A DNA stretch of 64,000 nt, taken from the NCBI GenBank assembly GCA_963664115.2, contig CAXWPJ010000004.1:125459-189458 (forward strand), written 5' to 3'. The position numbers were made by a program, and so were the translations under genes. Below the pieces are notes generated by a model, which searched no databases, was not told the DNA's origin, and was given only the letters and a program-made list of their open reading frames with translations. Origin of the DNA: Terriglobia bacterium (lineage in GTDB: Bacteria; Acidobacteriota; Terriglobia; 20CM-2-55-15). Below are positions 19,481-29,905 of the stretch, in pieces (position 1 is the stretch's first letter; the number at the start of each line of letters is the position of its first letter).

Positions 19481-19669
19481 TTTCACCGCAAAGGCGCAAA
19501 GACGGAAAGGTCGGAGAAACCCTGGGCTGTGTAGAGTGGTGCCTAGCGAAGTTCAATGGGTTTCCATGGCCGTTTTCTAAGCCAAGGCATTCGGTACGGA
19601 CGAGAGGTAGACAAACTATCTTATTTCTTTCTCTTTCTTCCTTTGCGTCTTTGCGCCTTTGCGTTGAAT
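19481..19669. repeat. Intergenic inverted repeat (MITE/REP-like) between convergent genes
   Basis: TTTCACCGCAAAGGCGCAAAGACGGAAAGG (19481-19510) versus the reverse complement of 19640-19669, ATTCAACGCAAAGGCGCAAAGACGCAAAGG (27/30). A related single arm lies near 61128-61157. Confidence 0.7.
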
Positions 19670-19686
19670 TTCCCTCTTCCTTCTCG

Positions 19687-20718
19687 TCACTCATCACTTG
19701 TCACATCTTCCGTTTCCTTCCGGGGCCAGAGTAGCGACGCGATTGTGGACAGGGCCAGAACGCCGGCGATGAATCCCAGCGACACGCCGATTGGGAAGTG
19801 ACCGTCATAGAGATCGTTCAACCAAACCATCTTCAGACCGACAAAGACCAGAACGACGGCCAGGCCATACTTGAGAAGGTGGAACTTGTCGAGCGCGCCG
19901 GCGAGTAGAAAATAGATGGAGCGCAGCCCGAGGATGGCCGACAGATTCGAGGTGAAGACGATCAGCGGCTCACTAGAAATTGCAAAAACGGCCGGCACCG
20001 AATCCACAGCAAAGACAATGTCGGTCGCTTCCAGAAAAATGAGCGCAACCACAAGGGGCGTCCCGTACAGGACACCATCCAAGCGTACGAAGAATTTTTG
20101 ACCATGGAAAGACGGCGTGACCGGCACAAAGCGGCGGAAGATCCGTATGAGTGTGTTCTTCTCAGGCTCGACTTTCCCTTCCGGAGCGTACGCAAGACGA
20201 ATTCCCGTAAAAATCAGGAAGACCCCGAACAGATATACGATGGACTGGTACTGCATCAGGACTGACCCAGCCACGATAAATGAGCTGCGGAAGATAAAGG
20301 CGCCCATGATGCCGTAGAACAGGACGCGATGCTGGTAGCGGGCCGGTATACCGAAGTACTTGAAGACGACGACGAAAACGAAGATGTTGTCGACCGACAA
20401 GGATTCCTCGACAACATAACCTGTCAGAAACTCCAGAGCCACGCGCCAGGCTTCAGCGCCGGGGTCGAAACCAGGAATCGCCAGAAGGCGAGCATCCATT
20501 CCAAACTTCCACAGCGAGAACTGGTACAGCCCGAAGTTGAACAACAGGGCAAGTGAAACCCATATGGAAACCCATACTCCAGCCTCCTTCATCGACACTA
20601 CATGGGCTTCCTTGTGAAAGATCCCCAGGTCGATCAAAAGGACCAGGACGACACCCACCATGAAGGCCAGGTATAGCGACCAGTACTCGGCCACCGGAAA
20701 GAGTTGAACGTTTGACAT
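19687..20718 (-). CDS. alx: TerC/Alx-family membrane protein
   Basis: EESLSVDNIFVF, QHRVLFYG, DIVFAVDSVPA, TSN and LGLRS motifs; riboswitch upstream. Confidence 0.9.
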   Translation of the reverse strand: MSNVQLFPVAEYWSLYLAFMVGVVLVLLIDLGIFHKEAHVVSMKEAGVWVSIWVSLALLFNFGLYQFSLWKFGMDARLLAIPGFDPGAEAWRVALEFLTGYVVEESLSVDNIFVFVVVFKYFGIPARYQHRVLFYGIMGAFIFRSSFIVAGSVLMQYQSIVYLFGVFLIFTGIRLAYAPEGKVEPEKNTLIRIFRRFVPVTPSFHGQKFFVRLDGVLYGTPLVVALIFLEATDIVFAVDSVPAVFAISSEPLIVFTSNLSAILGLRSIYFLLAGALDKFHLLKYGLAVVLVFVGLKMVWLNDLYDGHFPIGVSLGFIAGVLALSTIASLLWPRKETEDVTSDE

Positions 20719-20755
20719 AAGCTCGGAATCTCACTTCAAGGAGAGACGTTCCTCC

Positions 20756-20794
20756 AAAAAAAAAGACCCTCCGCGGCATCTCCGCAGAAGGTCT
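20756..20794 (-). terminator. Intrinsic terminator forming the riboswitch expression platform
   Basis: Minus strand AGACCTTCTGCGG-AGATG-CCGCGGAGGGTCT followed by a T run; overlaps the aptamer 3' strand. Confidence 0.85.
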
Positions 20795-20910
20795 TGCTCC
20801 GGGACATCTCCCCGCCGGTGGACCGGATCGTTTTGAGAACGACCGTGTTGACGATCTACCGGACCGATCCGCCTTACAACGTCGCGAGTCGGCGACCTAC
20901 TCCCCTTCAG
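20786..20910 (-). ncRNA. yybP-ykoY manganese riboswitch
   Basis: Minus strand AAGGGGAGTAG...CGTCAACA...GCAAGACCTT hallmark segments, directly upstream of terC/alx. Confidence 0.9.
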
Positions 20911-21042
20911 TCGTCTTCACCGTACACGAGAGACACCGTTCGGATCAAATCCATTCTGGAAACCGGCCGAGCGCGGTCCGAATGCAGTCGCGATCACAAT
21001 CCGGTATAATTCGCTTCTCGAACAGAATTGCCAGGATTATCC

Positions 21043-22020
21043 ATGTCGACAACACAAACAGCCGCCGACGTTCGTCATAACTGGACACGCCCGGAAATTG
21101 CAGCCATATACGGGCAACCCTTACTGGATCTCATCGGCCAGGCGCACCAGGTTCACCTGCGATACCACAATCCCCGGGACGTCCAGCTCTGCAAGTTGAT
21201 TTCGATCAAGACCGGAGGGTGTCCGGAAGACTGTGCATATTGCCCCCAAAGCGCACACTACGAAACGGACGTCGAGGGCCAGGCATTGCTTGATGTGGAC
21301 CACGTGATCCAGGCAGCGCGCGAGGCGAAAAAGGAAGGTGTACAGCGCTTTTGCATGGGAGCCGCCTGGCGGGAAATCAAAGACGGTCCGGAGTTTGAAA
21401 ACGTCCTCGCAATGGTACGTGGGGTTGCTCAGACCGGACTGGAGGTGTGTTGCACGCTGGGCATGCTCAGCGAATCGCAGGCGAGCAGACTTGCCGATGC
21501 GGGACTCCATGCCTACAATCACAACCTCGATACGTCTCCCGAGTATTACGAAAAAATCATCACAACCCGAAGCTACCAGGATAGGCTCGATACGCTGGCC
21601 GCGGTACGCAAGGCCGGCGTTACGGTTTGCTCAGGCGGCATCGTCGGTATGGGAGAAACGGACGAAGATCGCGTGGGCCTGCTGCACCAACTCGCCGGCC
21701 TCGATCCACACCCGGAGAGTGTTCCCGTCAACGTGCTGGTGCAGGTCGAAGGAACACCACTCACACCCACCGAATCGATCGATCCCTTCGTTCTGGTCCG
21801 GACGATCGCCACAGCACGCATCCTGATGCCCCGATCCCGGGTTCGATTGAGTGCTGGACGACGATCTCTCAACAGGGAATGCGTCACGCTCTGCTTCCTG
21901 GCCGGTGCCAATTCGATCTTCGTGGGTGATCGACTGCTCACGACTCCAAACCCCGATCGCTCTGAAGACGCGCAGCTGCTTGAAGACCTGGATCTCATTT
22001 CAACGGGTCATGACGCGTAA
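21043..22020 (+). CDS. bioB: Biotin synthase
   Basis: CPEDCAYC radical SAM motif, [31 protein letters not shown] at 21005-21010. Confidence 0.97.
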   Translation: MSTTQTAADVRHNWTRPEIAAIYGQPLLDLIGQAHQVHLRYHNPRDVQLCKLISIKTGGCPEDCAYCPQSAHYETDVEGQALLDVDHVIQAAREAKKEGVQRFCMGAAWREIKDGPEFENVLAMVRGVAQTGLEVCCTLGMLSESQASRLADAGLHAYNHNLDTSPEYYEKIITTRSYQDRLDTLAAVRKAGVTVCSGGIVGMGETDEDRVGLLHQLAGLDPHPESVPVNVLVQVEGTPLTPTESIDPFVLVRTIATARILMPRSRVRLSAGRRSLNRECVTLCFLAGANSIFVGDRLLTTPNPDRSEDAQLLEDLDLISTGHDA

Positions 22021-23176
22021 GTTAGCAGAACGAAAGACACTCCATCGACTCGAAGCAGAGCTGACGTCGCTACGGTCACACTACCTTTACCGCTACCCGG
22101 AAGTCGGGAGTGGATTCCAATTTTCTTCGAACGACTATCTGGGTCTCTCCCGTCACCCGGCGATGGCCGCCGCCGTCCAATCCGCCGTCGAAGCTTCGGA
22201 CCGCGTTGCCTCAACCGGATCGCGTCTGCTTTCCGGCCACGTGGGAGCATGGGAAAAGCTCGAAGAAGGATTCAGCCAATACGTTGGGGTCGAAGCCGCG
22301 CTGTTTTTCAATTCCGGCTATGCGGCCAACATCGGACTGCTCACGGCGATAGTGCGCGCCGAGGACACCGTCTTCTCCGATGCAGCGAATCACGCCAGCC
22401 TGATTGATGGCATCCGATTGGCCGGTTGCCGGAAGGTCATCTTTCCTCACCTCGATCTGGATTTCCTCGAAGACGCTCTCCGCAGCAACGACAGCCGTGG
22501 CGACGAGCGTTTCATTGTTGTCGAGAGCATATTCAGCATGGATGGCGATCGCGCGCCTATCGATCAGCTTGTCAGCCTGGCCGAAAAGTATGACGCGGGT
22601 TTGATCGTTGACGAAGCACACGCGACGGGTGTTGTGGGTCCCGACGGACGCGGCCTCATCGCTCTGTCCGATCGGTCCGACGCGATCATCGCCAGCATTC
22701 ACACCTGCGGAAAGGCGCTGGCCGCTTCAGGAGCTTTCGTCGCCGGATCAAGGACACTAAAAGAGTATCTGACCAACAACGCACGTCCTTTCATATACAC
22801 GACTGGTCTGCCGCCATATATGGCTGCTCAAGTCGGGGCTGGAATCAAACTCGGAGCTGCCGCCCAAGACGCGCGTGCCCGGCTCAGCGCGATGTCAGAA
22901 AGCTTGCGCGAGGGTCTCAAAAACGCCGGTTTCGACTCGGGGAATAGCAATACTCAAATTGTCCCGGTTCTGCTCGGAAGCAATGAGAGAGCGCTCGACA
23001 CGGCCCAACGGATGCGGGACGAAGGCTTCGAGGTGCGGGCCATCCGCACGCCTTCGGTTGCTGAAGGCACCGCACGGCTGCGACTGTCCGTTACCGCCGA
23101 CCTCCCGCCGGATGCCATCGATGGCCTGGTGGATGCGATGACGCGTTGTCGACGTGATAGTGATCGAATCCGGTGA
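22010..23176 (+). CDS. bioF: 8-amino-7-oxononanoate synthase
   Basis: [31 protein letters not shown] and TCGKAL motifs. Confidence 0.95.
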   Translation: MTRKLAERKTLHRLEAELTSLRSHYLYRYPEVGSGFQFSSNDYLGLSRHPAMAAAVQSAVEASDRVASTGSRLLSGHVGAWEKLEEGFSQYVGVEAALFFNSGYAANIGLLTAIVRAEDTVFSDAANHASLIDGIRLAGCRKVIFPHLDLDFLEDALRSNDSRGDERFIVVESIFSMDGDRAPIDQLVSLAEKYDAGLIVDEAHATGVVGPDGRGLIALSDRSDAIIASIHTCGKALAASGAFVAGSRTLKEYLTNNARPFIYTTGLPPYMAAQVGAGIKLGAAAQDARARLSAMSESLREGLKNAGFDSGNSNTQIVPVLLGSNERALDTAQRMRDEGFEVRAIRTPSVAEGTARLRLSVTADLPPDAIDGLVDAMTRCRRDSDRIR

Positions 23177-23808
23177 GAGACTTGTTCGTAACCGGAACCG
23201 ACACCGGGATCGGCAAGACCGTTCTCTCGGCAACGCTCGCCACTGGCCTCGACGCGGCCTACTGGAAGCCGATTCAGACGGGCCGGCTAGGAGGAGACGA
23301 AGAAACCGATCGCGAATCCGTGGTTCGCTGGGCAGGCCTTGACGAAGGAGACGCTCCGGTGGAAGCGTTTGTATTCGATCCACCTGTTTCGCCGCACCTG
23401 GCTGCGCAGAACGCCGGCGTCAGGATAGCCCTGTCCGCGTTACGGAAGCCCGAAGTTACCAAGCGGCTGATCATCGAAGGCGCGGGTGGTGTGCTCGTAC
23501 CGATCAATGAGAAGGACCTGATGCTCGACCTGATCGGGCAAGTCGATGCCGATGTCGTGGTCGCGAGCCATACGGGACTGGGTACAATCAACCACACCCT
23601 CCTTACAGTCAACACCGTCCGCCATGCAAATCTGAATCTGGTCGGAGTCGTCATGATCGGTGAGGAAAACGTCGAAAACAGGAAAGCCATCGAACATTAC
23701 GGCGACGTTGCCGTAGTCGGGTGGATACCAATCCTGGGGACAATCGATCGGACTACTCTGCACAGTGCGTTTCGGAACCACTTCGACCGGGCGGCCTTCA
23801 ATGGATAA
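23173..23808 (+). CDS. bioD: Dethiobiotin synthase
   Basis: TGTDTGIGKT, KPIQTG, EGAGG and LGTINHTLL motifs. Confidence 0.96.
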   Translation: MRDLFVTGTDTGIGKTVLSATLATGLDAAYWKPIQTGRLGGDEETDRESVVRWAGLDEGDAPVEAFVFDPPVSPHLAAQNAGVRIALSALRKPEVTKRLIIEGAGGVLVPINEKDLMLDLIGQVDADVVVASHTGLGTINHTLLTVNTVRHANLNLVGVVMIGEENVENRKAIEHYGDVAVVGWIPILGTIDRTTLHSAFRNHFDRAAFNG

Positions 23809-25105
23809 ACCACTCCACATCTGGCACCCGTACACGCAGGAATCGCTCGATCCAGAGCCTATCCGCATTAAGAGAGCCGAGGGTGTGTATCTGTACACCG
23901 AAGACGGCCGGCGGCTTCTGGACGGGATTTCCTCCTGGTGGGTCAACACTCACGGGCATGCGCATCCACGTATCAGCGCGGCGATCGCGAAACAGGCCCG
24001 GGAACTGGAACATGTCATCTTCGCCGGATTTACACACGAACCCGCCGAACGGCTCGCCTGCAAACTCCGGAGCGTAACGCCTGAAGGCTTGTCTCACATT
24101 TTCTTCTCTGATAACGGATCCACCGCGGTCGAGGTAGCGTTAAAAATGGCCGTCCAATACTGGAAAAACCGCGGCGCAGGCCAACGAAAGAACATCATTG
24201 CTCTCGAACATTCCTATCATGGCGACACGGTCGGCGCGATGTCGGTCAGCGCGGAATCACCCTTCACTGAAGCGTTTAACCACATGTGCTTTGAAGTCCA
24301 ACATGCACATTCGGCTTATTGCTACCGGTGCCCGGTGGGACTCAAACGGGAAAGTTGTTCGATCGAATGTGTGGCATCGATACAAACACTGTTGGAACAG
24401 CAGGCAAGCACCGTCGCCGCTGTCATCGTCGAACCCCTCCTCCAGGGCGCGGGCGGTATGATCATGCATCCTCCCGAATTCCTGGAACGGATTGGCCAGT
24501 TGTGCCGCGAACACGGCGTCCTGTTGATCGCCGACGAAGTGTTAACCGGTTTCGGAAGAACAGGTGCGATGTTCGCCTCCGAACTCGCCGGGGTGACGCC
24601 CGACATCATGTGCCTCTCGAAGGGATTGACGGGTGGGTATCTCCCGTTTTCGGCAACGCTCTGTTCTGAGGAGGTGTACGCGGCCTTTCTCGCCACAGAC
24701 CGCATGCGTACGTTCTTTCATGGCCACTCCTACGCCGGCAACCCCCTGGGTTGCGCGGCAGCTCTGGCGAACCTCGAGATCTTTGAATCCGAGCCCGTCT
24801 TCGAACGGATCCGAACCATCGAACGTATTCACCGGGAACGACTCCCCTTGTTGGGGGAAAGTCCCCTCGTCGGTGACACGCGCATGATCGGCACCGTCGC
24901 CGCACTCGAGTTGGAAACGGATGATCCGGGTTATCTGTCCGACGTCCGACCTGTGCTTTACGACTTTTTCATAAACCACGGTGTCCTGCTGCGGCCTCTC
25001 GGAAACATCATCTATATCCTGCCGCCCTACGTCATACAGCCCGACGAATTGCACTTCATCTACGATGTAGTCGCCGAAGCGCTCGAACACATTTCCAACC
25101 GGTAG
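23801..25105 (+). CDS. bioA: DAPA aminotransferase
   Basis: IWHPYTQ, SSWW, YHGDT, IADEV.TGFGRTG, SKGLTGG and FFHGHSY motifs. Confidence 0.96.
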   Translation: MDKPLHIWHPYTQESLDPEPIRIKRAEGVYLYTEDGRRLLDGISSWWVNTHGHAHPRISAAIAKQARELEHVIFAGFTHEPAERLACKLRSVTPEGLSHIFFSDNGSTAVEVALKMAVQYWKNRGAGQRKNIIALEHSYHGDTVGAMSVSAESPFTEAFNHMCFEVQHAHSAYCYRCPVGLKRESCSIECVASIQTLLEQQASTVAAVIVEPLLQGAGGMIMHPPEFLERIGQLCREHGVLLIADEVLTGFGRTGAMFASELAGVTPDIMCLSKGLTGGYLPFSATLCSEEVYAAFLATDRMRTFFHGHSYAGNPLGCAAALANLEIFESEPVFERIRTIERIHRERLPLLGESPLVGDTRMIGTVAALELETDDPGYLSDVRPVLYDFFINHGVLLRPLGNIIYILPPYVIQPDELHFIYDVVAEALEHISNR

Positions 25106-25338
25106 TTTAGAAGTCCTGAGCCGGCACAATCCCGGATTTTCCGTGAAGACAACCACTCTCTGATACAGTTGCCTGAACAGGCAGCCTCTTTGCGATTTCG
25201 ATGAGCATAACGACCTGGTACGTCGCGCTTCCCCGTCCCGATCACCGGGTGCGCTTCGTGTCCGGGTTATATGAAAAACTTCCACCCGAAGACACGAGTG
25301 TCTTTACAATATAAACTTCAATCTTCAACTCCCTCGAG

Positions 25339-26142
25339 GTGAACTTGATGTTCAAACGATCGGCCTTGATGCTCATTCTGGTTTTTGTCCTGGGGCCGCC
25401 TAAGGCCGTGTCCCAGGACACGTCCAGAACGATATACCGTTCCGGTTTCAATGGACCCTGTAGTTCGAGCATCCGGTTGACGGAGTCTCCTCCCGCGCGA
25501 TTCTGGTGCCGGGTTCCCAATGGACGGGCCATTCGTATTCCGATGGAACCGGTGAATGTTGAAGCGCTTACGGGGGTTCGTGTCTGCACGCTTGAGGCGC
25601 TGACGCGGCGGGAAGACGAGGCGCCCTGCGGTTTTCCAGGGGCAATGCTTCTCTGGGAGGGCAAACCGAGGGCAGACATCGAAATCTCCCACGCCGGGTC
25701 TTCCTTCGGAGATCCACCGACCGAGCCTGAAGAGATATTCGTAGCCGTGCAGCTGGAATGGGACGGCGTCTTTCCTGACGACGGCAATTTCTTTTCCCTT
25801 GAATACGGAGACGATTCACGGGCGCTGAGAGCAATCACAGTTCGACTGGCGGGCGAACCGAGCGCAGCCACCCTCACCCCCGAGAACACCCGCATACGCA
25901 TCGGGGCATCGGGATCCATCAAGTTGCTCAATGCACGGAAGTCCCAAAACGCGACGTGGTTTCCTGACGGCGAAGCGATGCTTGTGGGTGGTGACCGGAC
26001 CTACTATCTCAGGCTCGGCCGGGAATCATCAGTTCCGGAAGGCGAGTACGAGTTCTTCACGAACGGATATCTCCCCGAAGTCACCAATCCTTCTGCAGCG
26101 GGTTTTCTTGAAGTCGAGGCAGAATACGAAACCGGCCCGTGA
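25339..26142 (+). CDS. Exported hypothetical protein
   Basis: 267-aa ORF with a signal-peptide-like N-terminus; no recognised motif; start uncertain. Confidence 0.6.
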   Translation: MNLMFKRSALMLILVFVLGPPKAVSQDTSRTIYRSGFNGPCSSSIRLTESPPARFWCRVPNGRAIRIPMEPVNVEALTGVRVCTLEALTRREDEAPCGFPGAMLLWEGKPRADIEISHAGSSFGDPPTEPEEIFVAVQLEWDGVFPDDGNFFSLEYGDDSRALRAITVRLAGEPSAATLTPENTRIRIGASGSIKLLNARKSQNATWFPDGEAMLVGGDRTYYLRLGRESSVPEGEYEFFTNGYLPEVTNPSAAGFLEVEAEYETGP

Positions 26143-26148
26143 TCCGGA

Positions 26149-26952
26149 TCAGTTGCCTATGCCGAGACTCGGATCACGAATTCTGCGATTGTATTCATCC
26201 AGTTCGTTCATCGGCGCGCAAATCGCCTCCGTGACGCCTGAAAACAAGCCTGTCCAGCCGAAAAAGCTCACGTCCTGGGGTCGCATGCGGGTGAAGATGG
26301 TGGGCTCTTGCACCCAGGGCGCGGTGTAATTCTTGGGGTCATTGACAACCACTCGACCCTCTATCGTGTTGACGCCGGTCCGTGTGTACCGCTCTTCTAT
26401 CAGGGCATCGAAACCCGTTGGATTGGCAAATTCGTCGATCCACGCTCTTTCGTCGAGACCTGTTGTCTGGACGACTAGCGTGTCGCCCTCCCACGCGGCA
26501 ACCGAGTGTCCGTACCAGGTCGGCCCCAGGTTATCGAGGTTCTCCCCCGAGGGCAGTTCCCGCCCATCCATCCAGAGCTCGCGTAGCGTTCGCTCCCACT
26601 GGAAGTGTTGGATCACCCTGTCTGCGGTGTGAATGAATTCTATGGGTTCATTCTCCTCCCAAACGAGCCTGGGAAAACCCTGAGGATTGCACATGTACAT
26701 GGGGTCGTTGCTTTCGTTGGGCAGAGTGGTGAGATAGTCGGGAACACGCCCTTCCATCATTGCAACGCCAGCCGGCGTCAGAGGAGGTGGGTCGTTGTTT
26801 CGAGGAGTATCCCCCATCCAGTAGCCGGATAGATCACGCGGATCAAACTCCCCCGACTGTTGCTCGCCCAACGACGGGTGAGCCAGCCCAAAGGCTGCCA
26901 GCGCAATGACGAACACCGATGTCCACACGGACACCATCGACCGATTTCGCAT
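26149..26952 (-). CDS. Conserved exported hypothetical protein (DLSG.W / C.P.G.PR family)
   Basis: AGGAG RBS, signal peptide, RDLSGYW, CNPQGFPR, GHSVAAWEGDTLVV; this family is usually paired with DUF6152. Confidence 0.8.
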   Translation of the reverse strand: MRNRSMVSVWTSVFVIALAAFGLAHPSLGEQQSGEFDPRDLSGYWMGDTPRNNDPPPLTPAGVAMMEGRVPDYLTTLPNESNDPMYMCNPQGFPRLVWEENEPIEFIHTADRVIQHFQWERTLRELWMDGRELPSGENLDNLGPTWYGHSVAAWEGDTLVVQTTGLDERAWIDEFANPTGFDALIEERYTRTGVNTIEGRVVVNDPKNYTAPWVQEPTIFTRMRPQDVSFFGWTGLFSGVTEAICAPMNELDEYNRRIRDPSLGIGN

Positions 26953-27029
26953 CTCCTAAACTCCTTAGCTATGTATTAGGTCTGAAGTCCCCGAACTGGT
27001 TCTGTGCGTCCTGTGCACAGAATACCCGG

Positions 27030-27440
27030 TTAATCGATGGTGTTGGCGTTGCCCCGTGAATTCACAATTGTGCCATCCGAAAGCGTGACATTCCTGAGAA
27101 TGCCGACCGGGGCACCCGAACGCGCGGGATTGTAGGTAACACTAACCTCCTGACCGGGCTTAAAAATATTTCTGCTCCAGCCTTGCCGGGACATCGTGCT
27201 CACGTTGCTGCTCTCGAAACCCCAGCCGACGACCTTACCGTCCGCGTCAACCGAGTCCAGAAAAAGCGTCACATGAGGGTTACGCCACGAGAATTCCGTC
27301 ACCGTCCCATCGACCGACAACTCCTGATCCCCATCGTAGGTCTGGCCTCGGCCGTGGTGTGCGGACAGCGTTCCAACAGCGAGTGACAGGCCCACGAGGG
27401 CGACGGCGGCGCAGAACAGTCCAATCCGATAGTCTTTCAT
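27030..27440 (-). CDS. DUF6152-family exported protein
   Basis: AGGAGG RBS, signal peptide ending AHH, GTVTEFSWRNPH. Confidence 0.85.
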   Translation of the reverse strand: MKDYRIGLFCAAVALVGLSLAVGTLSAHHGRGQTYDGDQELSVDGTVTEFSWRNPHVTLFLDSVDADGKVVGWGFESSNVSTMSRQGWSRNIFKPGQEVSVTYNPARSGAPVGILRNVTLSDGTIVNSRGNANTID

Positions 27441-27550
27441 CGATCCTCCTGATTACTTCATAGGTGAGGGTCCGAACGATACCCGTAAGTTCCTTGAGCA
27501 AAAGAGCTTTTGGGCGTCCAACGCATGAGTGGACTCCTCAATTTTGTCCG

Positions 27551-27579
27551 ATCGTAGACCGCGTCGAGTAGGGTGTCAA
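27551..27579 (-). promoter_or_regulatory. Sigma70-type promoter for the DUF6152 operon
   Basis: Minus strand TTGACA-17 nt-TACGAT. Confidence 0.65.
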
Positions 27580-27667
27580 CCCCTTTCGCTGAGGTCTCTG
27601 ACCCTGTGTAATCAAACTGATGTCCTAAAGAGCGAAGAGACCCGCTTCCCTGTGGCTTCGACAGGAC

Positions 27668-29052
27668 GAGTTATAACCGAATCTGGTGTTTGAGGGATTG
27701 AATAAGAGCGGCGTATCTGGTTGATTTGTTGTGACAAAACTTCAAAGCAACCATAGGAGATACGCCACTGTGAGCAAGAGTAACGTGAATGGACCGGAAG
27801 GTCGAGAAACGATTGAGGATCCAGTAACAGAACTACTACGAGTTGGGGCACAGCAACTGATCCAACGCGCAGTGGAAGCCGAATTGGCAGAGCTGCTATC
27901 CCAGCACGGTGGCCGGCGAACTGAGACAGGAAACGCCGGGGTGGTACGCAACGGTTATCTGCCGGAACGCGAACTGCAGACGGGATTGGGTCCGGTAACA
28001 GTCCAAATCCCGAAGGTCCGTGCCAAGACGGGCGAAGCTGTGACGTTCCGATCGGCCCTGGTACCACCGTACATTCGGAAGACGAAGTCGCTGGAAGCAG
28101 CGGTGCCGTGGTTGTATTTGAAAGGCGTTTCCAGCGGCGAGATGGGTGAGGCCCTAAAAGTTCTTGTCGGTCCCCAGGCGCAGGGTCTGTCGGCGAGCAC
28201 GGTATCGCGGTTGAAACAGGTTTGGGGCGAACAGTACCGCCTCGGATGCGAGGAGCGTTTGGATGCAGATCGCTGGGTCTATGTCTGGGCCGACGGCATC
28301 TACAGCGGACTTCGGGCGGAACAAACCAAGTTGTGTGCATTGGTCGTGATCGGCGTGAATGAACGCGGAGAGAAGCGTTTCCTGGCGATCGAAGACGGTG
28401 TACGGGAATCGACACAGAGTTGGCGCGAGGTCTTGTTGAAGCTGAAGTCCCGTGGGATGAATGTTCCGAAGTTGGCCATCGGTGACGGTGCGATGGGGTT
28501 CTGGGCCGCACTGGAGGAAATCTATCCCGAGACACGTCAACAACGTTGCTGGATGCACAAAGTCATGAACGTCCTCAACTGCCTGCCCAAGTCGGTCCAG
28601 GCGAAGGCGAAACAGGCCCTGCACTCGATCTGGCAGGCCGAGACGAAGGCAGACGCCGAGAAGGCATTCGACTTGTTCATTGAAACCTATGAACCGAAGT
28701 ATCCGAAAGCCACACTCTGCCTGCAGAAAGACAGAGAGGAACTGCTGGCCTTTTACGACTTTCCGGCCAAGCACTGGCAGAGCATCAGAACGACGAATCC
28801 CATTGAGTCGACCTTTGCCACCATTCGACACCGAACGAAGCGATCCAGAGGTTGCCTGACACGGGATGGCATGCTGCACATGATGTTCAAACTGGGCCAG
28901 TGCGCTGAGAACAATTGGCGACGATTACGAGGATTCGATGATCTGAGCAAGGTAATCATCGGAGTGAAATTCAACGATGGTGTCGAAGCGACACAAGTCG
29001 ATCAGGCCGCCGCTTGAATCAATCTCCTAAACACCACTTTTGACAATAACTC
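27668..29052 (+). mobile_element. IS256-family insertion sequence, intact, 1385 bp
   Basis: Imperfect terminal inverted repeats GAGTTAT...TGGTGTTT...GATTGA at both ends; 9-bp target duplication CGACAGGAC at 27659-27667 and 29053-29061. Confidence 0.95.
27770..29017 (+). CDS. IS256-family transposase
   Basis: RNGY, YLKGVS, VWADG, IGDG, QRCWMHK and TTNPIES motifs; AGGAG RBS before GTG 27770. Confidence 0.96.
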   Translation: MSKSNVNGPEGRETIEDPVTELLRVGAQQLIQRAVEAELAELLSQHGGRRTETGNAGVVRNGYLPERELQTGLGPVTVQIPKVRAKTGEAVTFRSALVPPYIRKTKSLEAAVPWLYLKGVSSGEMGEALKVLVGPQAQGLSASTVSRLKQVWGEQYRLGCEERLDADRWVYVWADGIYSGLRAEQTKLCALVVIGVNERGEKRFLAIEDGVRESTQSWREVLLKLKSRGMNVPKLAIGDGAMGFWAALEEIYPETRQQRCWMHKVMNVLNCLPKSVQAKAKQALHSIWQAETKADAEKAFDLFIETYEPKYPKATLCLQKDREELLAFYDFPAKHWQSIRTTNPIESTFATIRHRTKRSRGCLTRDGMLHMMFKLGQCAENNWRRLRGFDDLSKVIIGVKFNDGVEATQVDQAAA

Positions 29053-29444
29053 CGACAGGACGGCGACCTGCCACTGCCACTGTTAACCCCGGCGACAGCG
29101 ACGGCGTAGACCGCCGGGTTCTCGTCACCGCCCACAAACATCAACAAAGGAAAAAGGGGCCAAAGCCCGATGAGCCCGTTTCACGATACGTTTACCCAGA
29201 GATACCCGCCTGGATGCGATATGACGATTCGGGTCTATCTCTCGTTAATCGGAGCCTGGCGCTGGAGTCTAGGTAGCGTCAAAACGAGGACGTTAGGGAG
29301 CGTTTTCGTGACGGTGCTCCGTCTCTAAGGGGCCACCCGGCTTTCACTTGTACTTTATTTTCAGTCAGTCCCGGAATGGCTGGTCGCTTGCTTCTCTCCA
29401 AGCAGAAAAAGCGGGCCAAAAGATACTTTAGGGAGGATAGGACC

Positions 29445-29887
29445 ATGAAACTCTTGCTCCCCATCACCATGCTATTTCTTGGGTTGCCTGTCTTCGCGCA
29501 GACGCGGGTCGTGATCGACAACACAACGGACCATGAAGTGGACGTCCGCCGTGTTCACCGATTGACTGAAGAGGCCTCGCTGACTCCGGTGATCGTGAAT
29601 CCACAACCATCGTTCACATCTGGCCAAAGATGGAACTCCAATCGATCAGCGGGCGAGGGATCGCCTCGTTTTTCGTCGAACCGAACCATGTCTTCATGCA
29701 GGAGGTGGATTACCTCGCATTAGTGCAAGGGGTCCTTCTCACGACATTTCCTGACCTGGCCCTTACTGAAATAGCCCGCGAGGGTCGTCGCATCTGGCTG
29801 GAGGACAACCTCGTGCTGCACCTTCGATGCAATGACCACCGTAGCAGCCAGCGGCTCTCGGTAGCTGCGATGACCGATCGCGTGTGA
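29445..29887 (+). pseudogene. Degraded exported hypothetical protein
   Basis: GGAGG RBS and signal peptide MKLLLPITMLFLGLPVFAQ; plausible coding continues in an overlapping frame (29630-29887). Confidence 0.4.
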
Positions 29888-29905
29888 TTGGGAAAAACCC
29901 CGGCA

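Noticed and set aside
27571-27587. Further copy of the AAAGGGGTCAGAGCCC repeat (AAAGGGGTTGACACCC)
   Set aside because: Better explained as the TTGACA -35 box of a promoter with 17-nt spacing.
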